Source of the DNA: Perkinsela sp. CCAP 1560/9 | Taxonomy: Eukaryota > Protista > Euglenozoa: Kinetoplastea | Reading direction: 5' to 3' | DNA: 64,000 nucleotides | Assembly: GCA_965644495.1 (NCBI GenBank) | Contig: CBFFSA010000002.1 | Coordinates: 62,001-126,000, forward strand | Shown: positions 1-8,613 of the stretch, one piece after another | Layout: the number at the start of each line of letters is the position of its first letter | How positions within the stretch are numbered: position 1 is the first letter of the stretch | The notes under the pieces: model-generated | Databases searched by the model: none | What the model was told of the DNA's origin: nothing | The model's input: the letters and a program-made list of their open reading frames with translations, nothing else | Program-made: the position numbers and the translations under genes

Positions 1-2706
1 GTTGATAAATTTTACGTTTTCTCTGGCCGCAAAGCGTATCATTTGATTCATTAATCGCGTCGTTCTAGCAGATGGTGCTTGACAACATAAGTTGCATCCG
101 GGCAGGGTCATACAAGTCGTATCCCATATCTGACACCCAAGAGTAGCACAAGGGCATAATAAAGAAATATCTAAGCTCGAGCACTCGGATGAGGAAGATG
201 CATCGGACTCATCACTGAAAGATGTTTCCCCCATTCGGGGACTGGAACACGAGCTCTCACGCGGACTTGAGCTCAGAAGTCTAGCGATTGAAGACTGGCA
301 CAGAGAGGGACGGGAATCTGAGTCGACGTCTACACAGGGAGAAGAAATCTGGGAGTTCTCTACATCATGAAAAGGCAACTTTGCATGAGATACTGGTACT
401 CTAGATTGTGTTGACTTTGAAATTGTTCTTGGTTCTGAAGGTGGCTGACTGGATTGCGACCGACGCTTCTCATGCCATCCGGGCAAGGAAGGCAAGGAAA
501 GGTAACAAGGTTTCCGAAATGGCATGCGAGCGTAAGAGCTGTTCCACAAGTCCATTCGAACCAAAAAGTCTGACAGAAAAGAGGAATCCGGAAGTATGTG
601 ACTAAAAATTGCAGCACTTTCATCAACTGATTCCGAAACGGCGTTAGTGCAACGGGCTGACTCCAAGTAGCTATCAATGTTTTCATATCCTAAGACGTGG
701 CGCAGCACTGAATTGCCACGGTATGGATAAAAGATCGGTGTGGGCGTCTCCCAACTTAACGGACGGATATGTGAGTGGTTTATAAAGAAGTGGAAAATAT
801 TTAGTAGCGACTTCAGTGTGAAGCGAAACAAGAGAGATCGGTCCTCAGAGCACAGAGTTGTGCCGTGGGTAATAAGAGCAGAGAAGAAGTGAATTTCTTT
901 ACCGAAAAAAATGCCCTTACGAGAAAACTGGTAGAATACAGAACTGTTGCCGCTCAAGCCCTTTTGAAGCTCGTTAGGCGCATAGCAGTTTATCATTGGC
1001 ATGTCTATGCCCCAGAAATTAGAACCACAGCGAGAATTTAAAAATGCACAGCTTGCAGTATTGCTTTCGTAATGTAGATAAGGGGGTGGTGTAAAGGGTA
1101 AAATACCGCTTTGTGATGTGAATAAATCGGAAGAAGGTAGAACCGGAGACATATCCTCTGGAGTAGAGCGGGTAAGAACCACAGGACATTTCGCAGAATC
1201 ACAAATGTTTGATAGCAAATTAGAAAATGAAGTTTCATCATCGAAAAGAATGTCGCATGCTTCAAAGAGAATCAGTGCAATTGCTCTTGAGGGAGACAAG
1301 GTGCTTGTCGAAGAAGACTTAACCTTTGTTTCTGAGAAAGATAAATTGGCAGATGCGTGGACAGCATTTACTTGTTCAATACCTTTTTCGGCAGTTACTC
1401 TAACAGGTGAAGTCTGATCTTCAACAACATTTCTTTTTTCAGGAGAAGATTTAACTTCGACAGTATCGGTAGTTTTGTGTTGCACAGCACGTGCTTTCAC
1501 TTTCATTATCTCACATAGAGTTTTTGTTTTTTTCGAAACCCTTGAAGATTCGTCCACTAATTCTGTACAAGGTTTGGATAAGTCACAAGTTTTGATATCT
1601 TCTGTTATGGCCCTTTCAGTGTGTACTTTTTTGACTGTAGAAAAAAAAGCATTCACACTATTTTGGGAAACGCCTAATTTCTTTTTTTCAGCAGACTTGC
1701 CAGACGAGACTTTTGAAGAAAACCTACGATCGTTTGTTTCGAAGGTTTTTCTTTTCAAAGCACTTGTATCCTTCAAATTATCTTCTGAAGAGGAAGTATT
1801 TTTCGGAAAGCAAACATCTCTTACCGAATTTGAATTTTTTTCGTGACGAATCAGTGGCAGTGAAGGAAGATCATCCCAAGCGCTTCTTCCATTTTCAAAT
1901 TCAGATCGACGAATTGCATGGCTTTGTGAAATATCGTTCAGAAGAGGCGCGAGGCCTTTACTACTGCGTAACTGTGAGGAATTAATTTCCACCACTCGAA
2001 ATCCAGCTTCCTGAGCCATGCAATACAAGAAGGACTTTAGTCCACATCCTGGAGGGCTTTGAAAACATAAAGAAGTCGTAATTTTACTCAATGGAGAAAA
2101 GAACCCTGGCTTGTGACGAATACGATTCACACGTTGTCGTTCCATTTCAACCAGGCGTGGTGACGTACGCATAGGAAGGTGTCCCATATCGCATGTACCA
2201 AATTCTGAGCTACTCGGAAATATGCTAGCAGGTGTTGGGTGTGAGTGCCAATAATCCCCAGGTAAATGTGGGGCTCGTCGTGGTGTAGCCCAAGAGGACA
2301 TCCAATCCGAAACGGCGAGAGCACAGTCGCTGTCTTCAAATGGAAGCATACAATTCGAAAGCTGCACAGGAGCGTAGGCACTGTTCCATGTTTGATGCTT
2401 ACATTGTGAGAGATGACTTTCATAGTGTACGTAGAGAATTTTCAGAGCTGTCTCAAGGTCGTCCGTGCGAGAACTGTCAGCAGACAGGAGCGCCAGTAGT
2501 TCTGCGCGTGCAGAGCTTTGTCTTGCTTGTTTGAATGAAGTATTTAAAATGCCATCATTGGTGATTTGAGGACACCGGATAACTTCATTAGTAATCGATG
2601 GACGTGGAGACTGCCTCTTCGGACACGACTCCTCGGTGCACTGAGACGAAGTCTCAGTTGATACATTCCTTTCAAATGCCTTGCGTCCCTTTCTTTTTGA
2701 TGTCAT
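1..2706 (-). CDS. ATAD5: ATAD5/ELG1-like alternative RFC large subunit (runs off the window start; absent from the ORF track)
   Basis: Hand translation from ATG at 2706 (MTSKRKGRKAFERN...). It contains LCFQSPPGCGLKSFLYCMAQEAGFRVVEINSSQLRSSKGLAPLLNDISQSH (about 1920-2070) and IALILFEACDILFDDETSFSNLLSNICDSAKCPVVLT (about 1170-1281). These match the ATAD5 Walker A/EVNASxQRS/QSH and LILFEEVDVIFDED...KRPVILT blocks. The frame is open in the segments I checked, including positions 1-60. Confidence 0.8.
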   Translation of the reverse strand, partial: MTSKRKGRKAFERNVSTETSSQCTEESCPKRQSPRPSITNEVIRCPQITNDGILNTSFKQARQSSARAELLALLSADSSRTDDLETALKILYVHYESHLSQCKHQTWNSAYAPVQLSNCMLPFEDSDCALAVSDWMSSWATPRRAPHLPGDYWHSHPTPASIFPSSSEFGTCDMGHLPMRTSPRLVEMERQRVNRIRHKPGFFSPLSKITTSLCFQSPPGCGLKSFLYCMAQEAGFRVVEINSSQLRSSKGLAPLLNDISQSHAIRRSEFENGRSAWDDLPSLPLIRHEKNSNSVRDVCFPKNTSSSEDNLKDTSALKRKTFETNDRRFSSKVSSGKSAEKKKLGVSQNSVNAFFSTVKKVHTERAITEDIKTCDLSKPCTELVDESSRVSKKTKTLCEIMKVKARAVQHKTTDTVEVKSSPEKRNVVEDQTSPVRVTAEKGIEQVNAVHASANLSFSETKVKSSSTSTLSPSRAIALILFEACDILFDDETSFSNLLSNICDSAKCPVVLTRSTPEDMSPVLPSSDLFTSQSGILPFTPPPYLHYESNTASCAFLNSRCGSNFWGIDMPMINCYAPNELQKGLSGNSSVFYQFSRKGIFFGKEIHFFSALITHGTTLCSEDRSLLFRFTLKSLLNIFHFFINHSHIRPLSWETPTPIFYPYRGNSVLRHVLGYENIDSYLESARCTNAVSESVDESAAIFSHILPDSSFLSDFLVRMDLWNSSYARMPFRKPCYLSLPSLPGWHEKRRSQSSQPPSEPRTISKSTQSRVPVSHAKLPFHDVENSQISSPCVDVDSDSRPSLCQSSIARLLSSSPRESSCSSPRMGETSFSDESDASSSSECSSLDISLLCPCATLGCQIWDTTCMTLPGCNLCCQAPSARTTRLMNQMIRFAARENVKFIN

Positions 2707-2905
2707 AAAACAGAGACGTTTGTTGTGGAGGACCAGTATACCATTCTTCAAAATTTGCCAATATTCATCGCTATATATGAACTATTTTTATGAGACAGAA
2801 AAAAGATAAGGTTTTTAGTTGCAATATAATTGTTAAAAAGCAGATAGAAATGGCAGAGTTTATCACCCAGCCAAGTATAAGTTGCTAAAGCCATCCCATC
2901 ATTTA

Positions 2906-3014
2906 CCGTAGAAACGGAAATTAGGAAAATAAGAAAATTTTAATTAAGAAAATAATTTTGTGCCAGAAAACAATCTTCCTTAATTAAAATGTTCCTTAAT
3001 TTCCGTTTCTACGG
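2906..3014. mobile_element. 109-bp MITE, TA-flanked, Tc1/mariner/pogo-like TIRs
   Basis: TA(2904-5) CCGTAGAAACGGAAATTA ... TAATTTCCGTTTCTACGG TA(3015-6): a perfect 18-bp TIR plus an imperfect inner inverted repeat. Confidence 0.8.
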
Positions 3015-3025
3015 TAATTTGAAGT

Positions 3026-4570
3026 TTACGAATTTGCAAGTGCCAATGCGAGATTTATGATTTCATCCCTTGCGACCCCTTCCATAGAGTCCATCTTTCT
3101 GTTCGACAAACAGCGCAACCATTTTGACGGTATCCATGAGTATCCATAAAAAGCGCCGAGTAGTGCCCCTAACCACATAGCTACATGACTGCGATACGGT
3201 TGTGCACCGTTCACCGCTTCCAATAGTACCGACAACGGATCGCAAGAACTTCTTAGGAATAATCGAATTACAATTCGGTAAACCTGAAAGATAGGATGTA
3301 CATTTTCTGCTTCCGAAAATATAGAACGTCTAGCCTCATTGGAAGCATCCGAAAATTCATGTGGAATCGAATCTAATCTTCCCGCAAGAAAAGTCTTTAG
3401 ATTTTCTAACGGATTCGCATCGACACACTTGTGCAAGTAAGAAATGGATAAGCAATGTATGTAAGCTGTGATAACAACATTCATATGAAATGTTGGAAGC
3501 AGAAACTGGGCAATGGCCCTGAACAAGTCAATTCCTGTTTTTTTAAAGGCTAAGGGAACAAGAAGTGCAACTCCTATGAGGTCTTCATGATCAGAACACA
3601 TTGACGAAGGTAATGTATTTGCTAGAATATGTTCTTTGCTTTTGATATGCAAAGAATCAAATGGAAACTTTGCCTTCATGCTAGATAAATAACCTCGAGG
3701 ACGTTCATGGCCCAACTCGTAAGTTAGATCTTCCCGCAGTGCAGTGTAGTTGGAAGGACAATCTTTATTCAAAATCATTCTTGTTAGTGCTAGCATAGAA
3801 GACACTTCAGTCGAGTAGACGCCCAATGTTCTCTGAAATGATAAATCATGCCACTTCTCTTCTGGGAGTGCTGAAGAGGGTGGAAGTGCATAAATTTCAC
3901 GAACGCAAACAAACCATTTTTCCATGATTTCCGTTTTCCAGCCATCGAAGGGAATACCCAACAGGTCTCCAAAGATTCCCCCTAGGAAGGACCCAACTAC
4001 TTTCGTCTCTAATTTATTCAATTCACATGTTTTGGAAAAGGAACTGTAATTTATTCTGGGAGGAGCAAGCTCATCAAAAATTTGAATTTCGGTCTTGCTT
4101 TGATGTCGCTGTACGAGTACTATGTAGGGTGCTAAATCAATATTGCGTGATAGAAGCAATACCCAAGCTTGCAAAGATTTTTTCCAGGAAAACCCAGCGA
4201 GTCTCATCAACGTATCACCATGAACCAGCGCCCGAATATATTGTAGACGCGGATCTTGAGATTCTATGGACCATGTTTCAGAGCGTTCCATTTTTAGGCC
4301 AACTTTCTTAACAAAGATCAGGAGCTCTGAAAGACTAGTAAGAGAGGCATGTAGCAAAGACATAGACTGGCCTGGAGAGTCGAGATCATTATAAATTTCC
4401 GCCATCGTTTTTAAAAATTTCTGACTCAGTTCGGTTTCTACGATTTCCACTGATGAAGAATTAGATCTGCGTGGAGAATTCCAAAAAGTATCAAATGTTT
4501 CCGACCTAGCAATAGGTATGAGAAGATCGCTTTCCTCATCGTCTTGATCAAATCTCGTGTCGTCGCTCAT
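3026..4570 (-). CDS. ADP-ribosylglycohydrolase (ARH/DraG) family protein with a degenerate active site
   Basis: KVVGSFLGGIFGDLLGIPFDG and LGALLGAFYGYSWIPSKW are ARH family blocks. The TDD motif reads YSTEV. A minus-strand ttttttag acceptor lies just upstream of the ATG. Confidence 0.7.
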   Translation of the reverse strand: MSDDTRFDQDDEESDLLIPIARSETFDTFWNSPRRSNSSSVEIVETELSQKFLKTMAEIYNDLDSPGQSMSLLHASLTSLSELLIFVKKVGLKMERSETWSIESQDPRLQYIRALVHGDTLMRLAGFSWKKSLQAWVLLLSRNIDLAPYIVLVQRHQSKTEIQIFDELAPPRINYSSFSKTCELNKLETKVVGSFLGGIFGDLLGIPFDGWKTEIMEKWFVCVREIYALPPSSALPEEKWHDLSFQRTLGVYSTEVSSMLALTRMILNKDCPSNYTALREDLTYELGHERPRGYLSSMKAKFPFDSLHIKSKEHILANTLPSSMCSDHEDLIGVALLVPLAFKKTGIDLFRAIAQFLLPTFHMNVVITAYIHCLSISYLHKCVDANPLENLKTFLAGRLDSIPHEFSDASNEARRSIFSEAENVHPIFQVYRIVIRLFLRSSCDPLSVLLEAVNGAQPYRSHVAMWLGALLGAFYGYSWIPSKWLRCLSNRKMDSMEGVARDEIINLALALANS

Positions 4571-4600
4571 AAAAGTATGCGAATCTAAAAAACAATGTGT
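4571..4600 (-). promoter_or_regulatory. Putative SL trans-splice acceptor (example)
   Basis: Minus strand cattgttttttAG, 14 nt before the ATG at 4570. Confidence 0.5.
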
Positions 4601-4902
4601 AATTGATTAATGCAATGGAGGTTAAAGTGCAAAGGAGACGCTGTTAGCAAATGAGGCTTTCAAAATAAAAAAGAGGGTGTACAAGGATTTGACAGTTAGG
4701 TACACCTGACCTAAGTACACTGTCCATCTAGGTGTGCCGTGCGTACACAGGTGCGGCGTTTGCGGGTAATTACGAAAATTTGTTTTCAAGTTGCGATAAT
4801 ATTCATCGATATCCTCAAATTTTCAACGATTTTGTAAAAGGTATTGGACTTGCAGAAGGTCCATATAAATTATCACTCAGGTGTGCGTGGGTACAAGGCT
4901 CT

Positions 4903-6048
4903 TCACTGCTTCGCCTTCTTTGTAATTTCTTCCACCCTAAAAACAGCCATTGCATGCGCCGCAAATGCCTCAAGATGAAAAATAGGCTTGGATCCAAGAC
5001 GAAGTGAATGATCGTATGTGGCGGCATGTTCTACCAATTTGCTTTTCGACTCTGGAAAATTAGCAAGCTTTAGCAATGCAGTAAGAAGCTCTTGAAAAAC
5101 TAATCCCGGGGGAATGCACGACCCCAACAAATCGTAAAACATGCCACGAACTTCATGCAGTTTCTTAGGCGTCTGTTCCCGTACAATACACGTTGCAATA
5201 TCACGCACAGTAGTCTGCCACGTGGGCATATGAATCTTACGATTATTTTTCCACGCAGACTCCAACAACAGCAACGACCGTCGCACATTCCCATTTGCAA
5301 GCTGCAAAATCTCCTCTCGCAGTTCCGTCGTTAGACCTGCACTCGCCTCCCCCTCCTTTTTCAACACCGTATCCAGCAACAACGAAATCTGCGCCACCTG
5401 CGGGCACGGCACACGAATCTCCAAACACCGACTTCGAATCGGTGCAATCAACCGTCCCGTACTCTCCGCAACTAAAACCAACCGACACGTCGTCACACAT
5501 TTCTCCATTGTACGACGCAACGCTTGTTGCGCCGGTCGTGTCATTCGATCCACCTCATGCAACACTAACACACGAAAACGCGGTGGGGAGCTTAACGAAG
5601 GCGATAACATCCCCCCTTGTTGTTTTTCCCTCTCACCTCCCCCTACACCCCCTTCCCCGGCCCGTACTATCGGGGCCGACTGCGCAATCTCCTTTAACGT
5701 GGTCATCACCACCGCGCGGTCATAACTCCCTAGTTCGGACAGATTCATCTCGGTGTGGTACGGGGAGGTGAGCGCCGTGACCTCCACGGTTTTACTCTCG
5801 GTGACTTTCACCGATTTGTGCTCGAGCTTGAGTTTGTCTAAACGGCCAGGGGCGCTGTGGTCGGGGTCGAACAGCTCACGGAGGAGGGCGCTGACACGGG
5901 TGCGTTTGCCGCTGCCGGGGGGACCGGTGAACAGCAGGTGGGGGAAGTCACGGCTGTGGGCGATCGCACGGAGCCGTGGGGTGAGGGAGGGGTGGAGGTC
6001 GAGCTGGTCGAGCGTGCGGGGGTGTTGGGTGTCGACCCAGAGGGACAT
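4903..6048 (-). CDS. RFC3: Replication factor C small subunit (human RFC3 / yeast Rfc5)
   Basis: MSLWVD..PRTLDQL start (ATG 6048; the ORF-track extension to 6234 is C-rich UTR), FTGPPGSGKRT, LHEVDRMT, RRTMEK, SRC, LGSKPIFHLEAF. Confidence 0.95.
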   Translation of the reverse strand: MSLWVDTQHPRTLDQLDLHPSLTPRLRAIAHSRDFPHLLFTGPPGSGKRTRVSALLRELFDPDHSAPGRLDKLKLEHKSVKVTESKTVEVTALTSPYHTEMNLSELGSYDRAVVMTTLKEIAQSAPIVRAGEGGVGGGEREKQQGGMLSPSLSSPPRFRVLVLHEVDRMTRPAQQALRRTMEKCVTTCRLVLVAESTGRLIAPIRSRCLEIRVPCPQVAQISLLLDTVLKKEGEASAGLTTELREEILQLANGNVRRSLLLLESAWKNNRKIHMPTWQTTVRDIATCIVREQTPKKLHEVRGMFYDLLGSCIPPGLVFQELLTALLKLANFPESKSKLVEHAATYDHSLRLGSKPIFHLEAFAAHAMAVFRVEEITKKAKQ

Positions 6049-6240
6049 GGAGAGCAGGGAGGGGAGGGGAGGGAAGGGAAGGAGACAAAAGAAAGAAGTG
6101 AGAGAAAGAAGGAAATCTGTAAAGGAAAGAACCGTTTCTGAAATGGTTGGGGTTGTGGAAAAATGGATGGAGAGATAGGGGGGATGGGGTGAGGGGTGTG
6201 GTTGAGAAAAATGATGAAAAGAGGGGGAATGCAAGGAAAA
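5150..6240. other. GC-rich C-to-G skew-switch island 1 (switch about 5740)
   Basis: + strand C/A-rich 5150-5720, G-rich 5760-6240, extending upstream of the RFC3 ATG. Boundaries judged by eye. Confidence 0.75.
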
Positions 6241-6307
6241 CGGAGCTCAGATTGCCTTTCGACTACTTTTGTTCCTCGTTCAGGTTTTGAAAATATTGTC
6301 GTCCCAC

Positions 6308-7027
6308 CTATTTCGTAACAACGATCTTGGTATTAGAAATATACACCTTTACATTTTGCCTTACCATGCGAGGAAGTTGATTCACGTTTATTGTACCTTC
6401 TAACAATTTGTTGTTATCGAATGATACGCCGTCAAGATTTTCTGGAAGAGATGACAAATCTATATTTCCTTTGAATTCATTTTGACTAAAGTACAAACCT
6501 TTTAGAGTGTTCGGAAGTGCTCCCAAATCAAGTTTCCCTGTCAATAAATTGTCACTAACGTCCAAATACAATAAACCAACAGGCAGCTGCGTAAGACATA
6601 TCTCACCAGACAATTTGTTCCCCTCCATCCATGCGGCAGTCAAAAATTTTGGCAACTTGGTAAGATCCGGATTTCCTGTAAAGAGGTTTCCACCTAAGAA
6701 CAAATCAGTCAACTTTACTAATGGGAAAAGATCGCTCAGTATCGCTTCTCCCGATATACGGTTTTCTTCAATATCGAAGCTCGTAGTAGAGCTTGGTATG
6801 TACACGAAATTCATGATTCCGTTCAATGTTCGACTGTTCCACTGTATTTCTGTAACTTTCTCATCTGAGTTGCATTTTATCCCATCCCACTTACAAGCTG
6901 GGATCTCTGAACTCCAACTCTCATGTCGCGTGTGTAAACCACTTATGAGCCGTTCAAGATCCATTTCCTGCGGTACATTGAGACCACGAACTTTGGAGGG
7001 ACGACGTTCTGCGAACTGGTAATCCAT
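6308..7027 (-). CDS. Small LRR protein (LRRNT Cys cap + LxxLPxxL repeats), family member 1
   Basis: RPSKVRGLNVPQEMDL, W..PACKWDGIKC cap, N.LxG.I.L..LP..L repeats. Confidence 0.9.
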   Translation of the reverse strand: MDYQFAERRPSKVRGLNVPQEMDLERLISGLHTRHESWSSEIPACKWDGIKCNSDEKVTEIQWNSRTLNGIMNFVYIPSSTTSFDIEENRISGEAILSDLFPLVKLTDLFLGGNLFTGNPDLTKLPKFLTAAWMEGNKLSGEICLTQLPVGLLYLDVSDNLLTGKLDLGALPNTLKGLYFSQNEFKGNIDLSSLPENLDGVSFDNNKLLEGTINVNQLPRMVRQNVKVYISNTKIVVTK

Positions 7028-7276
7028 TTATCGTTACTAAATATCGTTTACTTTTTATCGTTACCAAATCAAGAGCGGAAATATAGAGCAATGAGCACAA
7101 AATATTGAAAACGTATTGGTCATTACTAAAAAATACAATGTAATCAAAGTTGAGTTGTAAAATCGTACAACTAATCGCAAATAAGAAAGACGAAAATACA
7201 CAAAAAAATGGCAAGTTAAAAGTAGCAAACAACTGTAGAGCTAGCGTGACGAAAATACGTACAATGAATTTTTAGG

Positions 7277-8170
7277 TTAAAAATTCACAGGAAATTTTGA
7301 AAGAGAAACTCCTGCTGATTCATCAGTTTCAATTCCAAACTCTGTTATAACTTCAGAACTAGAGCGCATATCACCCGCAATAGAGTGTATAGCATCAACC
7401 ACCATGGAACGTCGCTCTACCCATAAGCTACGCATATTTGCATATCTGTTGACTGCTTTTTCAATGTCTTCTGTGCTACTCAAAGTGCCGCTATGTTGTT
7501 TGAGAGTATCTATTCTTTCCTTAGCTTCACAAATTTTCCTTTCCGCGTCTTGGATTCTCTCTTCTAGCTGTCTAAAACTGCTCATACAGGAAATTTTACT
7601 TCGTTCAGTTTGCATCTGTTCAAATATTTTCTGCCTGCTTAAGTGCTTCTTCGACATTTCCTTTTCCTGAGATAGAAGAGACTCAAGGGAAGACGCTTTT
7701 GAATGATGTTCATCTTGATCAGAGAACTTCTCCTTTTCAGGAGAGTTAGAAAACGCGCGTTTTTGATTTGAAGTACCTTTGTGATAAAAAACTTCTGATT
7801 TGTCATTTTTCGTTCCAGGACTCATGGACATTTCCTGAACATGTTCTTGATCATCTGTCATTGATTTATGATCCCATTTTGGATAGTAGACTACCGTTTT
7901 CCCATTATGATACGTTTTTGAATGTATCTTTTTGTTTTGAATCCACCGATCCAGCAAGACTTGTAGTTGAGTCTTCTTTACCTTCCCACCTAAAAGATTT
8001 ACAGCGCTTTGAGTGACAAAAGGAATTTGATGTGCTAAAAGAGTTTGAAAAATATGCGAGTAGTCGGATGTTGTACCACTGGTTGTGTTTCGAGTATGCG
8101 TCTTGCTACGTTGCGTAGAATTACTCGTAGATGAAGTCTTGCTGACAGATAAGGAAATGTTGGTCTCCAT
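7277..8170 (-). CDS. HOP2: HOP2/TBPIP homologous-pairing protein
   Basis: Winged-helix block (HIFQTLLAHQIPFVTQSAVNLL...LDRWIQNKKIHSKTYHNGKTVVYY), a coiled coil, and C-terminal W.ERR.M...EFGIETDE typical of HOP2. Confidence 0.8.
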   Translation of the reverse strand: METNISLSVSKTSSTSNSTQRSKTHTRNTTSGTTSDYSHIFQTLLAHQIPFVTQSAVNLLGGKVKKTQLQVLLDRWIQNKKIHSKTYHNGKTVVYYPKWDHKSMTDDQEHVQEMSMSPGTKNDKSEVFYHKGTSNQKRAFSNSPEKEKFSDQDEHHSKASSLESLLSQEKEMSKKHLSRQKIFEQMQTERSKISCMSSFRQLEERIQDAERKICEAKERIDTLKQHSGTLSSTEDIEKAVNRYANMRSLWVERRSMVVDAIHSIAGDMRSSSEVITEFGIETDESAGVSLSKFPVNF

Positions 8171-8613
8171 GCTAGACTTACTGTGCAGTGCTATTTCATG
8201 TCAACATGCTTTTTCGTAAAAACTTAAAGAAAGAGGAAAATCCGAATCTATCAAAACTAGTGCTGTCAAAAAACTATTTCATGACAGTTGGCAACGAACT
8301 CATATTCAAGACTAAACCTTTACCTAACTTTGAGGTTTGTATAAGATTACGTAACTCAATAGACGTGAATTTATGCAACACCCCTAAAGATTATGACTAT
8401 AAAATCATATTCGAACTACGTGATGAGTGATTCACATAAAAAGTAAATCTACAACGGATTACTAAAAACTCTTAAAAACCAGAATTAGCTATTCAAACTG
8501 TCGAGTTCCGCTCACTAGTTATGTGTATCTAAACCGTAAACCCTGCTATCTAACGACCACTAAGACTACTTTGTTAAGATCCAAAAAATAGGATACAAAA
8601 GCAGACGAATCAA

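Noticed and set aside
4690-4900. Hairpin gacag-ttaggt...acctaa-ctgtc and 7-bp CACCTGA/TCAGGTG ends
   Set aside because: Too short and imperfect to call a snoRNA or MITE; no box motifs or clean TSD.
6049-6234. ORF-track N-terminal extensions from TTG/GTG or upstream starts (RFC3, eIF5B, MVD, TKT, HMGR, HAT)
   Set aside because: They translate pyrimidine-rich UTR or MITE DNA; conserved sequence begins at a downstream ATG.
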